Notes: a model not told the origin generated them from the letters alone. DNA of 64,000 bases from Acidobacteriota bacterium (GCA_020350445.1 CP070717.1:3793904-3857903); one strand, 5' to 3'; shown: positions 30,049-40,350, counted from the first letter of the stretch. Numbers and translations are program-made.

Positions 30049-30366
30049 ATGGCTGATTTTGTTGTTGGCGACATCACACTCGATATCGATGAAGACGGCT
30101 TCATTCAGCAGCCTGAGGCTTGGAATGAAGCGATTGCGAAAGCTCTCGCTAAGACCGAGGGAGTAGATGAACTGACTGAAGCACATTGGAAAGTAGTCAA
30201 CTATCTGCGCGACTACTACCTCGAGTTCGGTATTGCCCCAATGATCAGAAAGCTCTGCAAGTCGACGGGATTCAAACTGAAGGAAATCTACGAACTCTTT
30301 CCATCGGGACCGGCGAAGGGCGCCTGCAAGGTCGCCGGACTACCGAAACCAACCGGTTGCGTCTAG
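30049..30366 (+). CDS. dsrC: DsrC (TusE/DsrC-family sulfur carrier)
   Basis: 105 aa ending with the invariant DsrC arm …GFKLKEIYELFPSGPAKGACKVAGLPKPTGCV (both conserved Cys). Confidence 0.9.
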   Translation: MADFVVGDITLDIDEDGFIQQPEAWNEAIAKALAKTEGVDELTEAHWKVVNYLRDYYLEFGIAPMIRKLCKSTGFKLKEIYELFPSGPAKGACKVAGLPKPTGCV

Positions 30367-30435
30367 CCGGCTGCCGATGGGGGATGTTCACAGGGATCGG
30401 GTCCGTTCCGGATTTGATGGGAGGATTGGACGGCG

Positions 30436-30978
30436 ATGTTTGAGTTGATCTGTCAGCATCGAGAGAGAATTCTCGAGACCTGGTTGACGAAGATCCTTTC
30501 GTCTTATCCTGAACAGACGGCGAGCTTCTGGAGCCGCAATCCCAATCCGTTCGCCAATCCCGTAGGAACTACCTTCAAGAGCCGGGCGGAGCGAGTGTTC
30601 TCGGCACTGCTGGATGGAGCGGAGCCCGGGGAACTCTGCCTGGCTCTGGAGGACATCCTCAAGATCCGAGCGGTTCAGGAGTTGACGGCTGCTGAATCGG
30701 TCGGCTTTGTGTTTCTGCTCAAGGATGCCGCAGCTGAGGTTCTGGCGGAACACCTCTCAGATCCGGGCTCTCTGAAACAGTTGATCAGGTTCTCGCGGCA
30801 GGTCGATCTGGTGGCGCTCGAAGCATTCGAGATTTTCGCCCGAAGCAGAGAACGTGTATTTGAACTGCGGGTCAAAGAACTGAAGCGCACGGGTTTTCTT
30901 CTTCTGAAGCGTTCGAGTCAGATCGCTGGAAACTCCGATGGTACCCACTCTCCGACTGACCCGGGGGAGGTTCAATGA
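30436..30978 (+). CDS. RsbRD_N-like domain protein, possible DsrT
   Basis: The N-terminus (ICQHRERILETWLTKIL) resembles the RsbRD N-terminal domain found in DsrT, which precedes dsrMKJOP in several sulfate reducers. Its stop overlaps the dsrM start. Confidence 0.4.
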   Translation: MFELICQHRERILETWLTKILSSYPEQTASFWSRNPNPFANPVGTTFKSRAERVFSALLDGAEPGELCLALEDILKIRAVQELTAAESVGFVFLLKDAAAEVLAEHLSDPGSLKQLIRFSRQVDLVALEAFEIFARSRERVFELRVKELKRTGFLLLKRSSQIAGNSDGTHSPTDPGEVQ

Positions 30979-31976
30979 ACGTTTTGGTTGCACTTACTGC
31001 CTTGCTCCTGCTCGGTGGAATCGTCTATCTGGGGGTTGAGATTGCTGGTTTAGAGTTTCTTTTTGGCGTCATCATCCCCTATGCAGCGGTTCTGACCTTC
31101 CTGATCGGCCTGGTGATCCGGGTGATCAGCTGGGCCCGGACTCCGGTCCCGTTCCGGATCACCACAACCTGTGGTCAGCAACGGTCCCTTTCCTGGATTT
31201 CTCCGAACAGGATAGACAATCCTTCGACTACTCTCGGAGTACTGGGCCGGATGGCTCTCGAGATCTTTCTGTTCCGCTCTCTGTTTCGCAATACGCGAAA
31301 CGAATTGAGGGAAGGGGAGAACCGGCTCGTGATCGGTCCGAGCAAATGGCTTTGGCTCATGGGCCTGGCGTTTCACTGGTCGTTCCTGATTATCCTGCTG
31401 CGCCACCTGCGGCTTTTTGTAGAACCGGTGCCACAGATCACCCTTCTGATACAGAGCCTTGACGGGTTCTTTCAGGTGGGTGTCCCGGTGGTCTATTCCA
31501 CCAGCCTCTTGTTCGTGACGGCGGCGACGTTGCTCTTTGTTCGCCGTATCGTCCTGCCCCAGGTTCGCTACCTGTCCCTCCCGACTGACTACTTTCCGCT
31601 CTTCCTGCTGATTTCCATCGCGGGGAGTGGGATCATCCTGCGGCACTTCATCAAAATTGACATTGTCCGGGTCAAGGAAGTCGTACTCGGTTTGATGACG
31701 TTTCGACCGGAAGCTGGTGGCCTGCCCGTCCTGTTCTACTTTCATCTTTTCCTGGTTTCGGTCCTTCTTGCTTACTTCCCCTTCAGCAAGCTGGTCCACA
31801 TGGCGGGAGTCGTACTGAGTCCTACTCGGAATCTCGCCAATAACAACCGTCGAATCCGTCACGTCAATCCCTGGGATTATCCGGTGAAGACCCATACCTA
31901 CCAGGAATACGAAGAGGAATTCAGGGGGAAGATGATCGGTGCCGGAATTCCCGTCGAGGAGGAAGACAATGGCTGA
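30975..31976 (+). CDS. dsrM: DsrM (NarI-like heme-b membrane subunit of the DsrMKJOP complex)
   Basis: 333 aa with 5-6 TM helices and conserved His residues in TM helices. Followed by dsrK. Confidence 0.85.
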   Translation: MNVLVALTALLLLGGIVYLGVEIAGLEFLFGVIIPYAAVLTFLIGLVIRVISWARTPVPFRITTTCGQQRSLSWISPNRIDNPSTTLGVLGRMALEIFLFRSLFRNTRNELREGENRLVIGPSKWLWLMGLAFHWSFLIILLRHLRLFVEPVPQITLLIQSLDGFFQVGVPVVYSTSLLFVTAATLLFVRRIVLPQVRYLSLPTDYFPLFLLISIAGSGIILRHFIKIDIVRVKEVVLGLMTFRPEAGGLPVLFYFHLFLVSVLLAYFPFSKLVHMAGVVLSPTRNLANNNRRIRHVNPWDYPVKTHTYQEYEEEFRGKMIGAGIPVEEEDNG

Positions 31977-33600
31977 GCCCCGTCCGGATGAGATGGAATT
32001 CTACAAGCAGGAGGAGTTGGTACAGATCGACTACACACCTCCTCAAACCAGCTGGATGAGAACACCGGTGGATTTCAGGCCTGGGAGCTGGATTTATCCT
32101 GCCAAGGCTCGCCACCTGGAATACCTCGGACTGGCGAACCCTCGGGAATGGTCGCCTCTGGACGAGGACTGGAAGCTTCCGGAGGATTGGAAGGAGATCA
32201 TCTTTGAAGGAATGCGGGAGCGGCTGAACAAGTACCGCTCTTTCAAACTGTTCATGGATATCTGCGTGCGCTGCGGGGCCTGCGCGGACAAATGTCATTT
32301 CTACATCGGCGGTGGGGATCCGAAGAACATGCCCGTTTTGCGGGCTGAATTGCTCAGGTCGGTGTATCGCAGGGATTTTACCCTGGCCGGAAAGCTGGTG
32401 GGGAAGTGGGTGGGTGCCCGTGAACTGACTCCCGAGGTTCTCAAGGAATGGTTCTACTACTTCTTCCAGTGTACTGAATGCCGGCGCTGCTCGGTCTTCT
32501 GTCCCTATGGGATCGATACCGCCGAGATTACGATCATGGGACGGGAACTGCTCAATCTTCTGGGCCTGAATGTCAACTGGGTGATTGAGCCGGTCTCGAA
32601 CTGTTTCAGAACAGGGAACCACCTCGGCATCCAGCCTCACGGGTTAAAGGACACGCTGGAGTTCTTTGCAGAAGATATCGAAGAGGTTACGGGCATCCAG
32701 GTTGAAATCCCGATCAATCGAAAGGGTGCCGAGATTCTATTCGTCACGCCTTCAGGAGACTTTCTGGCGGACCCGGGGACCTATACCTGCATGGGTTACA
32801 TGATGCTCTTTCACGAGCTGGGGCTGGACTATACCTGGAGTTCCTACGCTTCGGAGGGAGGGAACTTCGGCCTGTTCACCTCCCACGAAATGATCAAGCG
32901 GCTGAATGCCAAGATCTACGCTGAGGCCAGGCGCCTCGGTGTCAAGTGGATCCTGGGCGGAGAATGCGGCCACATGTGGCGGGTCCTGCACCAGTACATG
33001 GACACGATGAATGGTCCGGCGGACTTCCTCGAGGTGCCGAAATCACCGGTGACCGGAACGGTCTTCGAGAACGCAGCATCAACGCGGATGGTTCATATCA
33101 TCGAATTCGTTGCAGATGCGATTCGAAACAACAAACTCCGGCTCGATCCCAGTCGAAACGATGGACTGCGGGTCACCTTCCACGATTCCTGTAATCCCGC
33201 CAGAAGTATGGGTTTTTTCGAGGAGCCGCGTTACGTGATCAAAAGCGTCTGCAACCACTTTTGCGAGATGCCAGAAAACACCATTCGGGAACAGACCTTC
33301 TGCTGTGGCGGTGGGGCAGGGCTGGGAACCGACGAGAATATGGAAATGCGCCTGAGGGGTGGGTTCCCGAGAGGAAACGCAGTCCGCTACGTTCAAGAGA
33401 AACATGGAGTCAATCGGCTCGCCTGCATCTGTGCGATTGATCGGGCAACCCTGTCAACGGTTTGTGACTACTGGGCACCGGGTGTGGAGGTGACGGGAAT
33501 TCATGAGCTTGTCGCCAACGCGATGGTGATGGAAGGCGAGAAGGAACGGACCTTGAATCTTCGACTCGAACCGATCGAACGAGGGGAGGGTGTCTCATGA
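31969..33600 (+). CDS. dsrK: DsrK (HdrD-like Fe-S/CCG-domain catalytic subunit)
   Basis: [4Fe-4S] motifs (CVRCGACADKCH, CTECRRCSVFCP) and CCG-type Cys clusters (FCCGGGAGL). ATG at 31969 has a GAGGAGGAAG RBS; the listed ORF uses an upstream GTG. Confidence 0.85.
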   Translation: MAEPRPDEMEFYKQEELVQIDYTPPQTSWMRTPVDFRPGSWIYPAKARHLEYLGLANPREWSPLDEDWKLPEDWKEIIFEGMRERLNKYRSFKLFMDICVRCGACADKCHFYIGGGDPKNMPVLRAELLRSVYRRDFTLAGKLVGKWVGARELTPEVLKEWFYYFFQCTECRRCSVFCPYGIDTAEITIMGRELLNLLGLNVNWVIEPVSNCFRTGNHLGIQPHGLKDTLEFFAEDIEEVTGIQVEIPINRKGAEILFVTPSGDFLADPGTYTCMGYMMLFHELGLDYTWSSYASEGGNFGLFTSHEMIKRLNAKIYAEARRLGVKWILGGECGHMWRVLHQYMDTMNGPADFLEVPKSPVTGTVFENAASTRMVHIIEFVADAIRNNKLRLDPSRNDGLRVTFHDSCNPARSMGFFEEPRYVIKSVCNHFCEMPENTIREQTFCCGGGAGLGTDENMEMRLRGGFPRGNAVRYVQEKHGVNRLACICAIDRATLSTVCDYWAPGVEVTGIHELVANAMVMEGEKERTLNLRLEPIERGEGVS

Positions 33601-33992
33601 GTGATTACGGAAAGATAATCCTTGGGCTCGTCGGGTTCCTCGTCCTGTGCACTTCTCCGTTTTGGTATCAGGTCCTGAGTTCCGATGGGCTCCCGGCTCC
33701 GGAGCTGAAACTGCCGGTCGGAGAGCAAGGCTGTGTCGAATCCAAGGAGTATATGCGGGCTCTCCACATGGACCTGCTCAATCGCTGGCGAGATGCCGTC
33801 GTACGAGATGGAGAGCGTATCTATGTCTCGACCAGCGGCCGAGAGTATCAGATGAGTCTCACCGGTACCTGCCTGGGTTGCCATACCAGCCGGGCTGACT
33901 TCTGCGATCAGTGCCACACCTATGTCGGGAGCGAGAATTACTGCTGGAGCTGTCATGTTGAGCCGATCAACCTCAGAGTGGAGGCGAGATAG
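33597..33992 (+). CDS. dsrJ: DsrJ (periplasmic triheme cytochrome c)
   Basis: Signal anchor plus three CxxCH motifs (CLGCH, CDQCH, CWSCH) in 131 aa. Confidence 0.85.
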   Translation: MSDYGKIILGLVGFLVLCTSPFWYQVLSSDGLPAPELKLPVGEQGCVESKEYMRALHMDLLNRWRDAVVRDGERIYVSTSGREYQMSLTGTCLGCHTSRADFCDQCHTYVGSENYCWSCHVEPINLRVEAR

Positions 33993-33994
33993 GA

Positions 33995-34783
33995 ATGGAT
34001 AAGCGCAAAAGGAGCTTTCTGAAGGTGGCGGGTTCATCGATCATAGGCGTACTGGGCCTCGGTTGGGTCCGTCCGGTGACAGCTGCGCAGGTGCCGGGAG
34101 CAACCCGCAAACCGGTGGAAGCTCTGACCGGGAAGCGACTTGCTTTGGCCGTGGATGTCAAGAAATGCTCGCTGGAAAAGGGTTGCAGCGCCTGTATTGA
34201 CGCCTGCCATTCGCGGCACAATGTGCCAACGCAGTTGCAGGCTGAGGAAGAAATCAAGTGGATCTGGAAAGAGACCTACGAGCATGCTTTTCCGACCCAG
34301 GCACACCGCTACACCGAATCGACGCTGAAACAGCAGGCGGTGCTGGTGCTTTGCAACCATTGCGAGAATCCACCCTGCGTCCGAGTGTGTCCGACACAGG
34401 CGACCTGGAAGCGTGAAGGCGATGGCCTGATCATGATGGACCAGCACCGCTGCATTGGCTGCCGGTACTGCATGGTTGCCTGTCCCTACGGTTCGCGCAG
34501 TTTCAACTGGCAGGATCCCCGCAGAAGCCTCGGAGATCAACTCAATCGGGAGTATCCGACCCGCATGAAAGGGGTGGTTGAGAAGTGTAACTTCTGTGCG
34601 GAGCGATTGGTCTTCGGAGAAGAACCGCTGTGTGTGGCGGCCTGTCGCAGTAAGTCCCAGGCACTGCTCTTTGGAGACCTCGAAGATCCAGATTCGGAGA
34701 TTTCGAAGACCCTGAAGGAACGACACAGTATTCGGAGAAAGCCGGCCCTGGGGACTGAGCCGCAGGTCTACTACCTGGTGTGA
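33995..34783 (+). CDS. dsrO: DsrO (periplasmic ferredoxin-like Fe-S subunit, Tat-type signal)
   Basis: KRKRSFLKVAGSS Tat-like signal and multiple [4Fe-4S] Cys clusters (CNHCENPPCVRVCP, CIGCRYCMVACP, CNFCAERL). Confidence 0.8.
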   Translation: MDKRKRSFLKVAGSSIIGVLGLGWVRPVTAAQVPGATRKPVEALTGKRLALAVDVKKCSLEKGCSACIDACHSRHNVPTQLQAEEEIKWIWKETYEHAFPTQAHRYTESTLKQQAVLVLCNHCENPPCVRVCPTQATWKREGDGLIMMDQHRCIGCRYCMVACPYGSRSFNWQDPRRSLGDQLNREYPTRMKGVVEKCNFCAERLVFGEEPLCVAACRSKSQALLFGDLEDPDSEISKTLKERHSIRRKPALGTEPQVYYLV

Positions 34784-34790
34784 GGATTTC

Positions 34791-35951
34791 ATGTTAGAAA
34801 AAGCACTCAAAGGCAGTCCAAATTACTGGGGTGGACTCGGCATTCTTGGGGTTGTCATGCTGATCGGCCTGGGCGCCTACTTGAAGCAGTACGACGAAGG
34901 CTTGACGGTGACGGGTCTCAGCCGGGATATCCCCTGGGGCTTCTACATTGCCCAGTTCACCTTCCTTGTCGGAGTTGCCGCCTCTGCTGTCATGGTCGTG
35001 CTCCCCTACTATCTGCACGACTATAAAGCCTTTGGCCGGGTAACAGTCATCGGAGAATTCCTGGCGATCGCCGCTGTCAGCATGTGCATGCTCTTCATCT
35101 TCGTCGATATGGGCCAGCCGCTGAGAGTACTTAACCTGATGCTGTATCCCTCTCCCAACTCATTGATGTTTTGGGACTTCGTTGTCATGACAGGGTACCT
35201 GCTGCTCAATGTTGTTATCACGCAGGTCACCTTTGGCGCAGAAAGGAAGGGTGTGGCCCCTCCGAACTGGATTCGACCGGTAATCATCCTGTCGATTCCC
35301 TGGGCGATCAGTATCCACACGGTGACCGCCTTTCTCTATTCAGGTCTCGAGGCACGGGCGTTCTGGATGACCGCGATCCTGGCGCCGCGGTTTCTCGCTT
35401 CGGCGTTTGCCAGTGGGCCGGCCCTCCTGATCATCCTCTGTACCCTGGTGGGAAGTCAGACGAACTGTCAAATCGGGGGAAAGGCTATCCAGAAGCTTCG
35501 ACAGATCGTCACCTACGCACTGGCCGTCAATATCTTTTTCGTGCTAGTCGAACTGTTCACCGGAATCTACAGCCACATTCCTGAGCACATGGAACATTTT
35601 CAGTATCTTTTCTTCGGCCTCGAAGGAAGGAATGCTCTGGTGCCGTGGATGTGGACGTCTCAAGTGCTGGGAGTGGGGGCACTCGTTCTTCTACTGCTTC
35701 CGGTCTCGGGGAGGAATCAGCGGGTGTTGCTGGGAGTCTGTGTAGCGGTCATTACCTCGATTTGGATCGAAAAAGGGTTGGGTATGGTCGTTACCGGCTT
35801 TATTCCCTCTCCACTTGGTGGTTTGATGGAATACTTTCCGACCGTCCCGGAAATCTTGATTTCCCTGGGGATCTACGCCACTGGACTGGCGATCCTGACG
35901 GTCCTGCTGAAGATCGCGACGACGATTCGAGAGGAACTCGAAACCGCCTGA
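34791..35951 (+). CDS. dsrP: DsrP (NrfD/PsrC-like integral membrane quinone-interacting subunit)
   Basis: 386 aa with about 10 TM helices. Terminal gene of the dsrMKJOP set. Confidence 0.8.
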   Translation: MLEKALKGSPNYWGGLGILGVVMLIGLGAYLKQYDEGLTVTGLSRDIPWGFYIAQFTFLVGVAASAVMVVLPYYLHDYKAFGRVTVIGEFLAIAAVSMCMLFIFVDMGQPLRVLNLMLYPSPNSLMFWDFVVMTGYLLLNVVITQVTFGAERKGVAPPNWIRPVIILSIPWAISIHTVTAFLYSGLEARAFWMTAILAPRFLASAFASGPALLIILCTLVGSQTNCQIGGKAIQKLRQIVTYALAVNIFFVLVELFTGIYSHIPEHMEHFQYLFFGLEGRNALVPWMWTSQVLGVGALVLLLLPVSGRNQRVLLGVCVAVITSIWIEKGLGMVVTGFIPSPLGGLMEYFPTVPEILISLGIYATGLAILTVLLKIATTIREELETA

Positions 35952-35970
35952 CATCATTCAAGGGGGGTGT

Positions 35971-37788
35971 ATGTATCCCGTCATGCTGAATCTGGAGAAC
36001 CGTTCCTGCCTGGTTGTTGGAGGAGGTGGGGTAGCTTTGCGGAAGGTTGAAGGTCTTCTCACCGAAGGCGCGCGGATCACCGTGATCGCACCCGAGCCGG
36101 TCGCAAGACTCGAAGAACTGGAGCAGGAAGGCGCGATCCGACTGGAGCGCCGGGCCTATCGGGAAGGCGAGTTGAGGGGTTATGCCCTGGGGTTTGCCGC
36201 CACCAATGACCGTCGAGTGAACCGGCAGGTATTCTGGGAAGGCGAAAACCTGGGGATCTGGGTGAATGTTGCCGATGACCCGGATATCTGTTCTTTTCAC
36301 CTTCCGGCCCGATTGAAGCGTGGAGCATTGCAGATAGCGATCGCCTCAGCCGGCGAAGCGCCGTTCGTCGTGCGTCGAATTCGGAGGATGCTCGAGAAGG
36401 CCCTGGGGCCGGAGTGGTCAGAATGGATCCAGGCGGCAGCCGGCTTTCGACAGAAGATCAAGAAGAGCAATCTCTCGCCGGCCGAGCAGCAGCGATGTTT
36501 CGACCGGTTTTTCGATTCGACGGTTGATGAGCAGCGGCTCGCAGTTCGGGTCCCGAACCCAACGGAAGAGGCCACCTGGCTCGATCCCCTGAGAGCCTGC
36601 AATTGCTGTGATACGCCTTCGGGGGAACCTGTTTTGCGGGAGCGAAATGGAAAGGGTTGGGTGGCCCTCGTCGGAGCGGGTCCCGGCGACGCGGGCCTAC
36701 TCACTTTGAAGGGTTATCGCAGGCTCCTGGCAGCCGATGCCATCGTCTACGATCACCTGGCTGAAACCGTGCTGCCTCTCGAACTCAGACCCGAGGTTGA
36801 GTTGCACCCCGTTGGAAAGAAGGCCGGCTACCACCCGGTACCGCAGAGTGAGATCAATGCCCTGTTGATTCGCCTCGCAAGCGGGGGGAAACGGGTGGTT
36901 CGCCTCAAAGGTGGAGATCCGTACGTCTTTGGCCGGGGCGGGGAAGAAGCGGAAGCGCTTGTCAACGCGGGAATCGATTTCGAAGTTGTCCCCTGTGTCA
37001 CGGCGGCGACGGCCGTGTCTGCTTATGCCGGGATCCCCGTGACCTACCGCGAAGAGTCGGTTCGTCTCACCCTGGTTACCGCACACGAATGCAGGAAGCT
37101 GGGTGGAAAACAGTCGCGATGGGATCTGATCGCCCGGGATGAGCATGCCACGCTGGTTGGCTACATGGGGGTAACGAGCCTGCCCTCGGTCGTGAAGCGG
37201 CTGATCGAAGAAGGCATGGATGCGCAGACACCGGCTGCGGTCATCGAACGGGGAACGACCTCGCGTCAGCGTTCTGTCCGAAGCCCACTTTGCGAACTGC
37301 CGCAGCGAGCCGCAGAAGCTGGTATTTGTCCACCGGCGATCTTCGCAATTGGACCATCGGTGGCCCGCGCAGAACACCTCGACTGGTTTACGCGCAAGCC
37401 CCTCTTCGGGACGCGGATTGTCCTGGGGTCCTCGGCAAAAAATTTCGCCCGCGAACTGGAAGAGTCGGGAGCGGAAGTCCTGGCGCTGGGGCAGAGGTTG
37501 ACACCCGCTTCTGAGGTTGTTCTGCGTGCCTTGCCGGTCAGTGATCTCCTCTTCGGGTCGCCCGACGAGGTCGATACGCTCGAGGAACTGCGGGGAAGCC
37601 CGGCCGCCGAGGGAATTGAGGCGGCCTGGTGCATTGGGGTTCAGACGGCTGAACGGGCCAGGGAACTCGGCTGGTCTGGAGTCATTGAACTGGCAGGGGA
37701 TATCGACAGCGCAACTCTGGTCAACAGCTTGATTCGACATAAGACTGCCGTCGTCATGCCTCAGGAACTCAAGATTCAGGGGAGGTGA
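35971..37788 (+). CDS. Siroheme synthase-like fusion: precorrin-2 dehydrogenase/ferrochelatase (SirC/CysG-N) + uroporphyrinogen-III C-methyltransferase (CobA/SUMT) + a ~140-aa C-terminal extension (possibly a HemD-like half domain)
   Basis: N-terminal Rossmann LVVGGGGVALRKVEGLL (SirC-like). Central SUMT motifs VGAGPGDAGLLTLKG and GGDPYVFGRGGEE. Total 605 aa versus about 457 aa for E. coli CysG. Begins 20 bp after dsrP. Confidence 0.75.
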   Translation: MYPVMLNLENRSCLVVGGGGVALRKVEGLLTEGARITVIAPEPVARLEELEQEGAIRLERRAYREGELRGYALGFAATNDRRVNRQVFWEGENLGIWVNVADDPDICSFHLPARLKRGALQIAIASAGEAPFVVRRIRRMLEKALGPEWSEWIQAAAGFRQKIKKSNLSPAEQQRCFDRFFDSTVDEQRLAVRVPNPTEEATWLDPLRACNCCDTPSGEPVLRERNGKGWVALVGAGPGDAGLLTLKGYRRLLAADAIVYDHLAETVLPLELRPEVELHPVGKKAGYHPVPQSEINALLIRLASGGKRVVRLKGGDPYVFGRGGEEAEALVNAGIDFEVVPCVTAATAVSAYAGIPVTYREESVRLTLVTAHECRKLGGKQSRWDLIARDEHATLVGYMGVTSLPSVVKRLIEEGMDAQTPAAVIERGTTSRQRSVRSPLCELPQRAAEAGICPPAIFAIGPSVARAEHLDWFTRKPLFGTRIVLGSSAKNFARELEESGAEVLALGQRLTPASEVVLRALPVSDLLFGSPDEVDTLEELRGSPAAEGIEAAWCIGVQTAERARELGWSGVIELAGDIDSATLVNSLIRHKTAVVMPQELKIQGR

Positions 37789-37794
37789 CGGGCG

Positions 37795-38736
37795 ATGGAA
37801 ACGGTTCCTTTCTGGTTCGCCTGTGCAGGGCTGCTCGCGTTTCTGGTCTCCGTGACCCTTCGAACGATGATGTGGTTAAGGATGCCGATCCACGTTCGGT
37901 GGGAACTCTACCCTGTGGCTCATGAGGGAAAAAGGGCCTCCTACGGTGGATCCTATCTCGAAGAGAGTGAATGGTGGAAGAAACCGAGGGAATTCTCGAT
38001 CTGGGGCGAAATCAGGGTAATGGTTCCCGAGATTCTGTTCCTGGTTGCCTTGCGCGAGCACAACCGAAAGCTCTGGTACCGATCCTTCCCGTTTCATTTT
38101 GGCCTCTACCTGATCACCGCCGGAACGGTTCTCATGGGAGGCTTTGCCCTGATGGGATCCCAATGGGAGAGTGCAGAAGGTTTTGCGGGAGTCCTTCGAA
38201 TGGGGATCATTGTATTCGGACTCGCCGGTCTTGTGCTGGGGTTGCTGGGAGCCGCAGGACTGCTGCACCGCAGAATGACAGCCCCTGAGTTGAAGGATTT
38301 CAGCGCTCCTGCCGACCTCTTCAACCTGGCGGTTTTTGTCGCGGTTTTTTCGGTTGCTCTAAGCGGGATTGTCCTGCTCGGAGTCGTGGAGTTTTTCGCT
38401 TCGTTGACCGGCCTGATCGGACAGATTGTGAAGTTGCCGTTTGGCCACGCGGAGGCCCAGGTCCCGGGTATCGTGGGTCTGTCTGTCGTCTTGATGAGTC
38501 TGCTGCTCGCCTACATCCCGTTGACCCACATGTCTCACTTTATCGGGAAGTACTTTGCCTACCATTCGGTTCGCTGGAATGATGCTCCCAATCTGAAGGG
38601 GAGCAAGCAGGAGAAGGTGATTCAGGAGGCCCTGGGCCAGCCTGTCAGCTGGTCTGCCTCCCACATCGCTGGAGATGGAAAGAAAAACTGGGTCGATGTG
38701 GCTACGACGATGCCCGGGGAGATCAAGGACAGATGA
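37795..38736 (+). CDS. NarI/HdrE/DsrM-like membrane b-type cytochrome subunit
   Basis: 313 aa, 5-6 TM helices, with FHFGLYL and a C-terminal HMSHF His pair positioned like the heme-b ligands of the NarI family. Translationally coupled to the following HdrD-like gene. Confidence 0.5.
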   Translation: METVPFWFACAGLLAFLVSVTLRTMMWLRMPIHVRWELYPVAHEGKRASYGGSYLEESEWWKKPREFSIWGEIRVMVPEILFLVALREHNRKLWYRSFPFHFGLYLITAGTVLMGGFALMGSQWESAEGFAGVLRMGIIVFGLAGLVLGLLGAAGLLHRRMTAPELKDFSAPADLFNLAVFVAVFSVALSGIVLLGVVEFFASLTGLIGQIVKLPFGHAEAQVPGIVGLSVVLMSLLLAYIPLTHMSHFIGKYFAYHSVRWNDAPNLKGSKQEKVIQEALGQPVSWSASHIAGDGKKNWVDVATTMPGEIKDR

Positions 38737-40334
38737 GGTCGAGTTGCATGTTTGCTGACTTCTCTCGCGGTGACGACTGCCTTTTCGAGATCAACCAAAA
38801 GGATCAGCAGCCGTTGCCTCCTCCATTTGATGACATCGATGAAGAACCTCTGTTCCGCAGGCTGACCGAGGAAGCGAAGAAGAAGTATGTCTTGCTGGAT
38901 GACACGATTGCAGTCAACATCCCAAAGCCTGAGACGCAGGAGGAGGAAGCGCAGCTGGTTAACAGCTTTCTTTCGGGGCTGCGACGCCTGGTCAGCCGGG
39001 AGGACAACTGGACGTTTCTCGAGCCGCTGATGATCTCACTCGAACACTGTGCCAAATGCCAGACCTGTTCGGAGGGCTGCCATATCTATGAGGAGAGTGG
39101 GCGGCATCCCTACTACCGTCCGTCCTATCGTTCGGAGATCCTGCGCAGGATATACTTCAAGTATCTGAAGAACAGTTCCACCTGGGTTCACGGTGATATC
39201 GAACTGAACTGGAAGACGGTCGCCCGTTTGATCGAACTCTCCTATCGCTGCAACCTCTGCCGTCGCTGTGCTCAGAGCTGCCCAATCGGAGTCGATAACG
39301 CCTTGCTAGCGCGGGAGATTCGAAAGGTGGCGAGCCAGGAAATGGGAATCGTACCGAAGGAACTGCATGATTCAGGCTCCATGCTGCAGCTCAAGGTCGG
39401 ATCCTCGACGGGGATGAATGCCATCGTGGCCAGGGATAACGTGGAGTTCATCGATGAAGACACGACCGACCGAACGGGAATTGCCGTCGAGACTCCCTGG
39501 GATAAGGAAGGTGCAGATATCCTGCTGATCCATAATGCCGGGGAGATCATGGCCTGGCCCGAAAACCCAGGGGGCTTCGCACTGTTGTTCAGCGCCGCAG
39601 GCCTCAGCTGGACGATGTCGAGTGACCTGGCGGCCTATGATGGGATCAACTACGGGGTCTGGTACGACGATTTCCAGTTCGCCCGCACTGCACTCCTGCA
39701 TTTGGAAGCGGCCCGGAAGCTGAAGGTCAAGAAGATCGTCATCGGAGAATGCGGACACGCTCATAAGGCTCTGTCAGTGATTGCCGACAAGGTGGTAACC
39801 GGAGACCTCAACATCCCGCGAGAAAGTGGGATCAACGTGTTGCGTGATATCGTTCGGGAGGGTCGCGTCAAGTTCGACAAGAGTCGCAACGATTTTCCGG
39901 TGACCCTGCATGATCCGTGCAACCTGGTGAGATTGATGGGAATTGTTTCGCCCCAGCGGGAGATCATCGAGGCGATCGTTCCCAAAGAGCGGTTCCGAGA
40001 AATGGAACCGCACGGGGTCGAGAATTACTGCTGTGGTGGAGGCTCCGGATTTGCCATCATGTCAGGACACAATTTCGCGCACTGGAGGCATCATGTCTCG
40101 GGCCGAAGAAAGCTCCGACAGGTCCTCGAAGCCTTTCAAGGAGAGGTGATGGATATGGAGCATCCCAAGTATGTCTGTGCACCCTGCAGCAACTGTAAAG
40201 GTCAGCTCAGAGACATCATTGCCTATTACGACGCCTGGGAAAGGGCCGGGATCTATTACGGGGGCCTGGTGGAATTGATGGTCAACGCCATGGTCGACGC
40301 CCAGCCCGGCTACATCGATTGGGAATGGCATTGA
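38733..40334 (+). CDS. HdrD/DsrK-like Fe-S protein with CCG domains (second DsrK-like paralog)
   Basis: Two [4Fe-4S] ferredoxin motifs (CAKCQTCSEGCH, CNLCRRCAQSCP) and CCG clusters (ENYCCGGGSGF, CAPCSNCKG). About 90-aa N-terminal extension. Confidence 0.7.
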   Translation: MRSSCMFADFSRGDDCLFEINQKDQQPLPPPFDDIDEEPLFRRLTEEAKKKYVLLDDTIAVNIPKPETQEEEAQLVNSFLSGLRRLVSREDNWTFLEPLMISLEHCAKCQTCSEGCHIYEESGRHPYYRPSYRSEILRRIYFKYLKNSSTWVHGDIELNWKTVARLIELSYRCNLCRRCAQSCPIGVDNALLAREIRKVASQEMGIVPKELHDSGSMLQLKVGSSTGMNAIVARDNVEFIDEDTTDRTGIAVETPWDKEGADILLIHNAGEIMAWPENPGGFALLFSAAGLSWTMSSDLAAYDGINYGVWYDDFQFARTALLHLEAARKLKVKKIVIGECGHAHKALSVIADKVVTGDLNIPRESGINVLRDIVREGRVKFDKSRNDFPVTLHDPCNLVRLMGIVSPQREIIEAIVPKERFREMEPHGVENYCCGGGSGFAIMSGHNFAHWRHHVSGRRKLRQVLEAFQGEVMDMEHPKYVCAPCSNCKGQLRDIIAYYDAWERAGIYYGGLVELMVNAMVDAQPGYIDWEWH

Positions 40335-40350
40335 GTTAGAAGGGGGAATC

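Noticed and set aside
30436-30978. Firm assignment of this ORF as dsrT
   Set aside because: Only the N-terminal RsbRD_N-like stretch and its position before dsrM support it. Without a database comparison I keep it as DsrT-like or possible.
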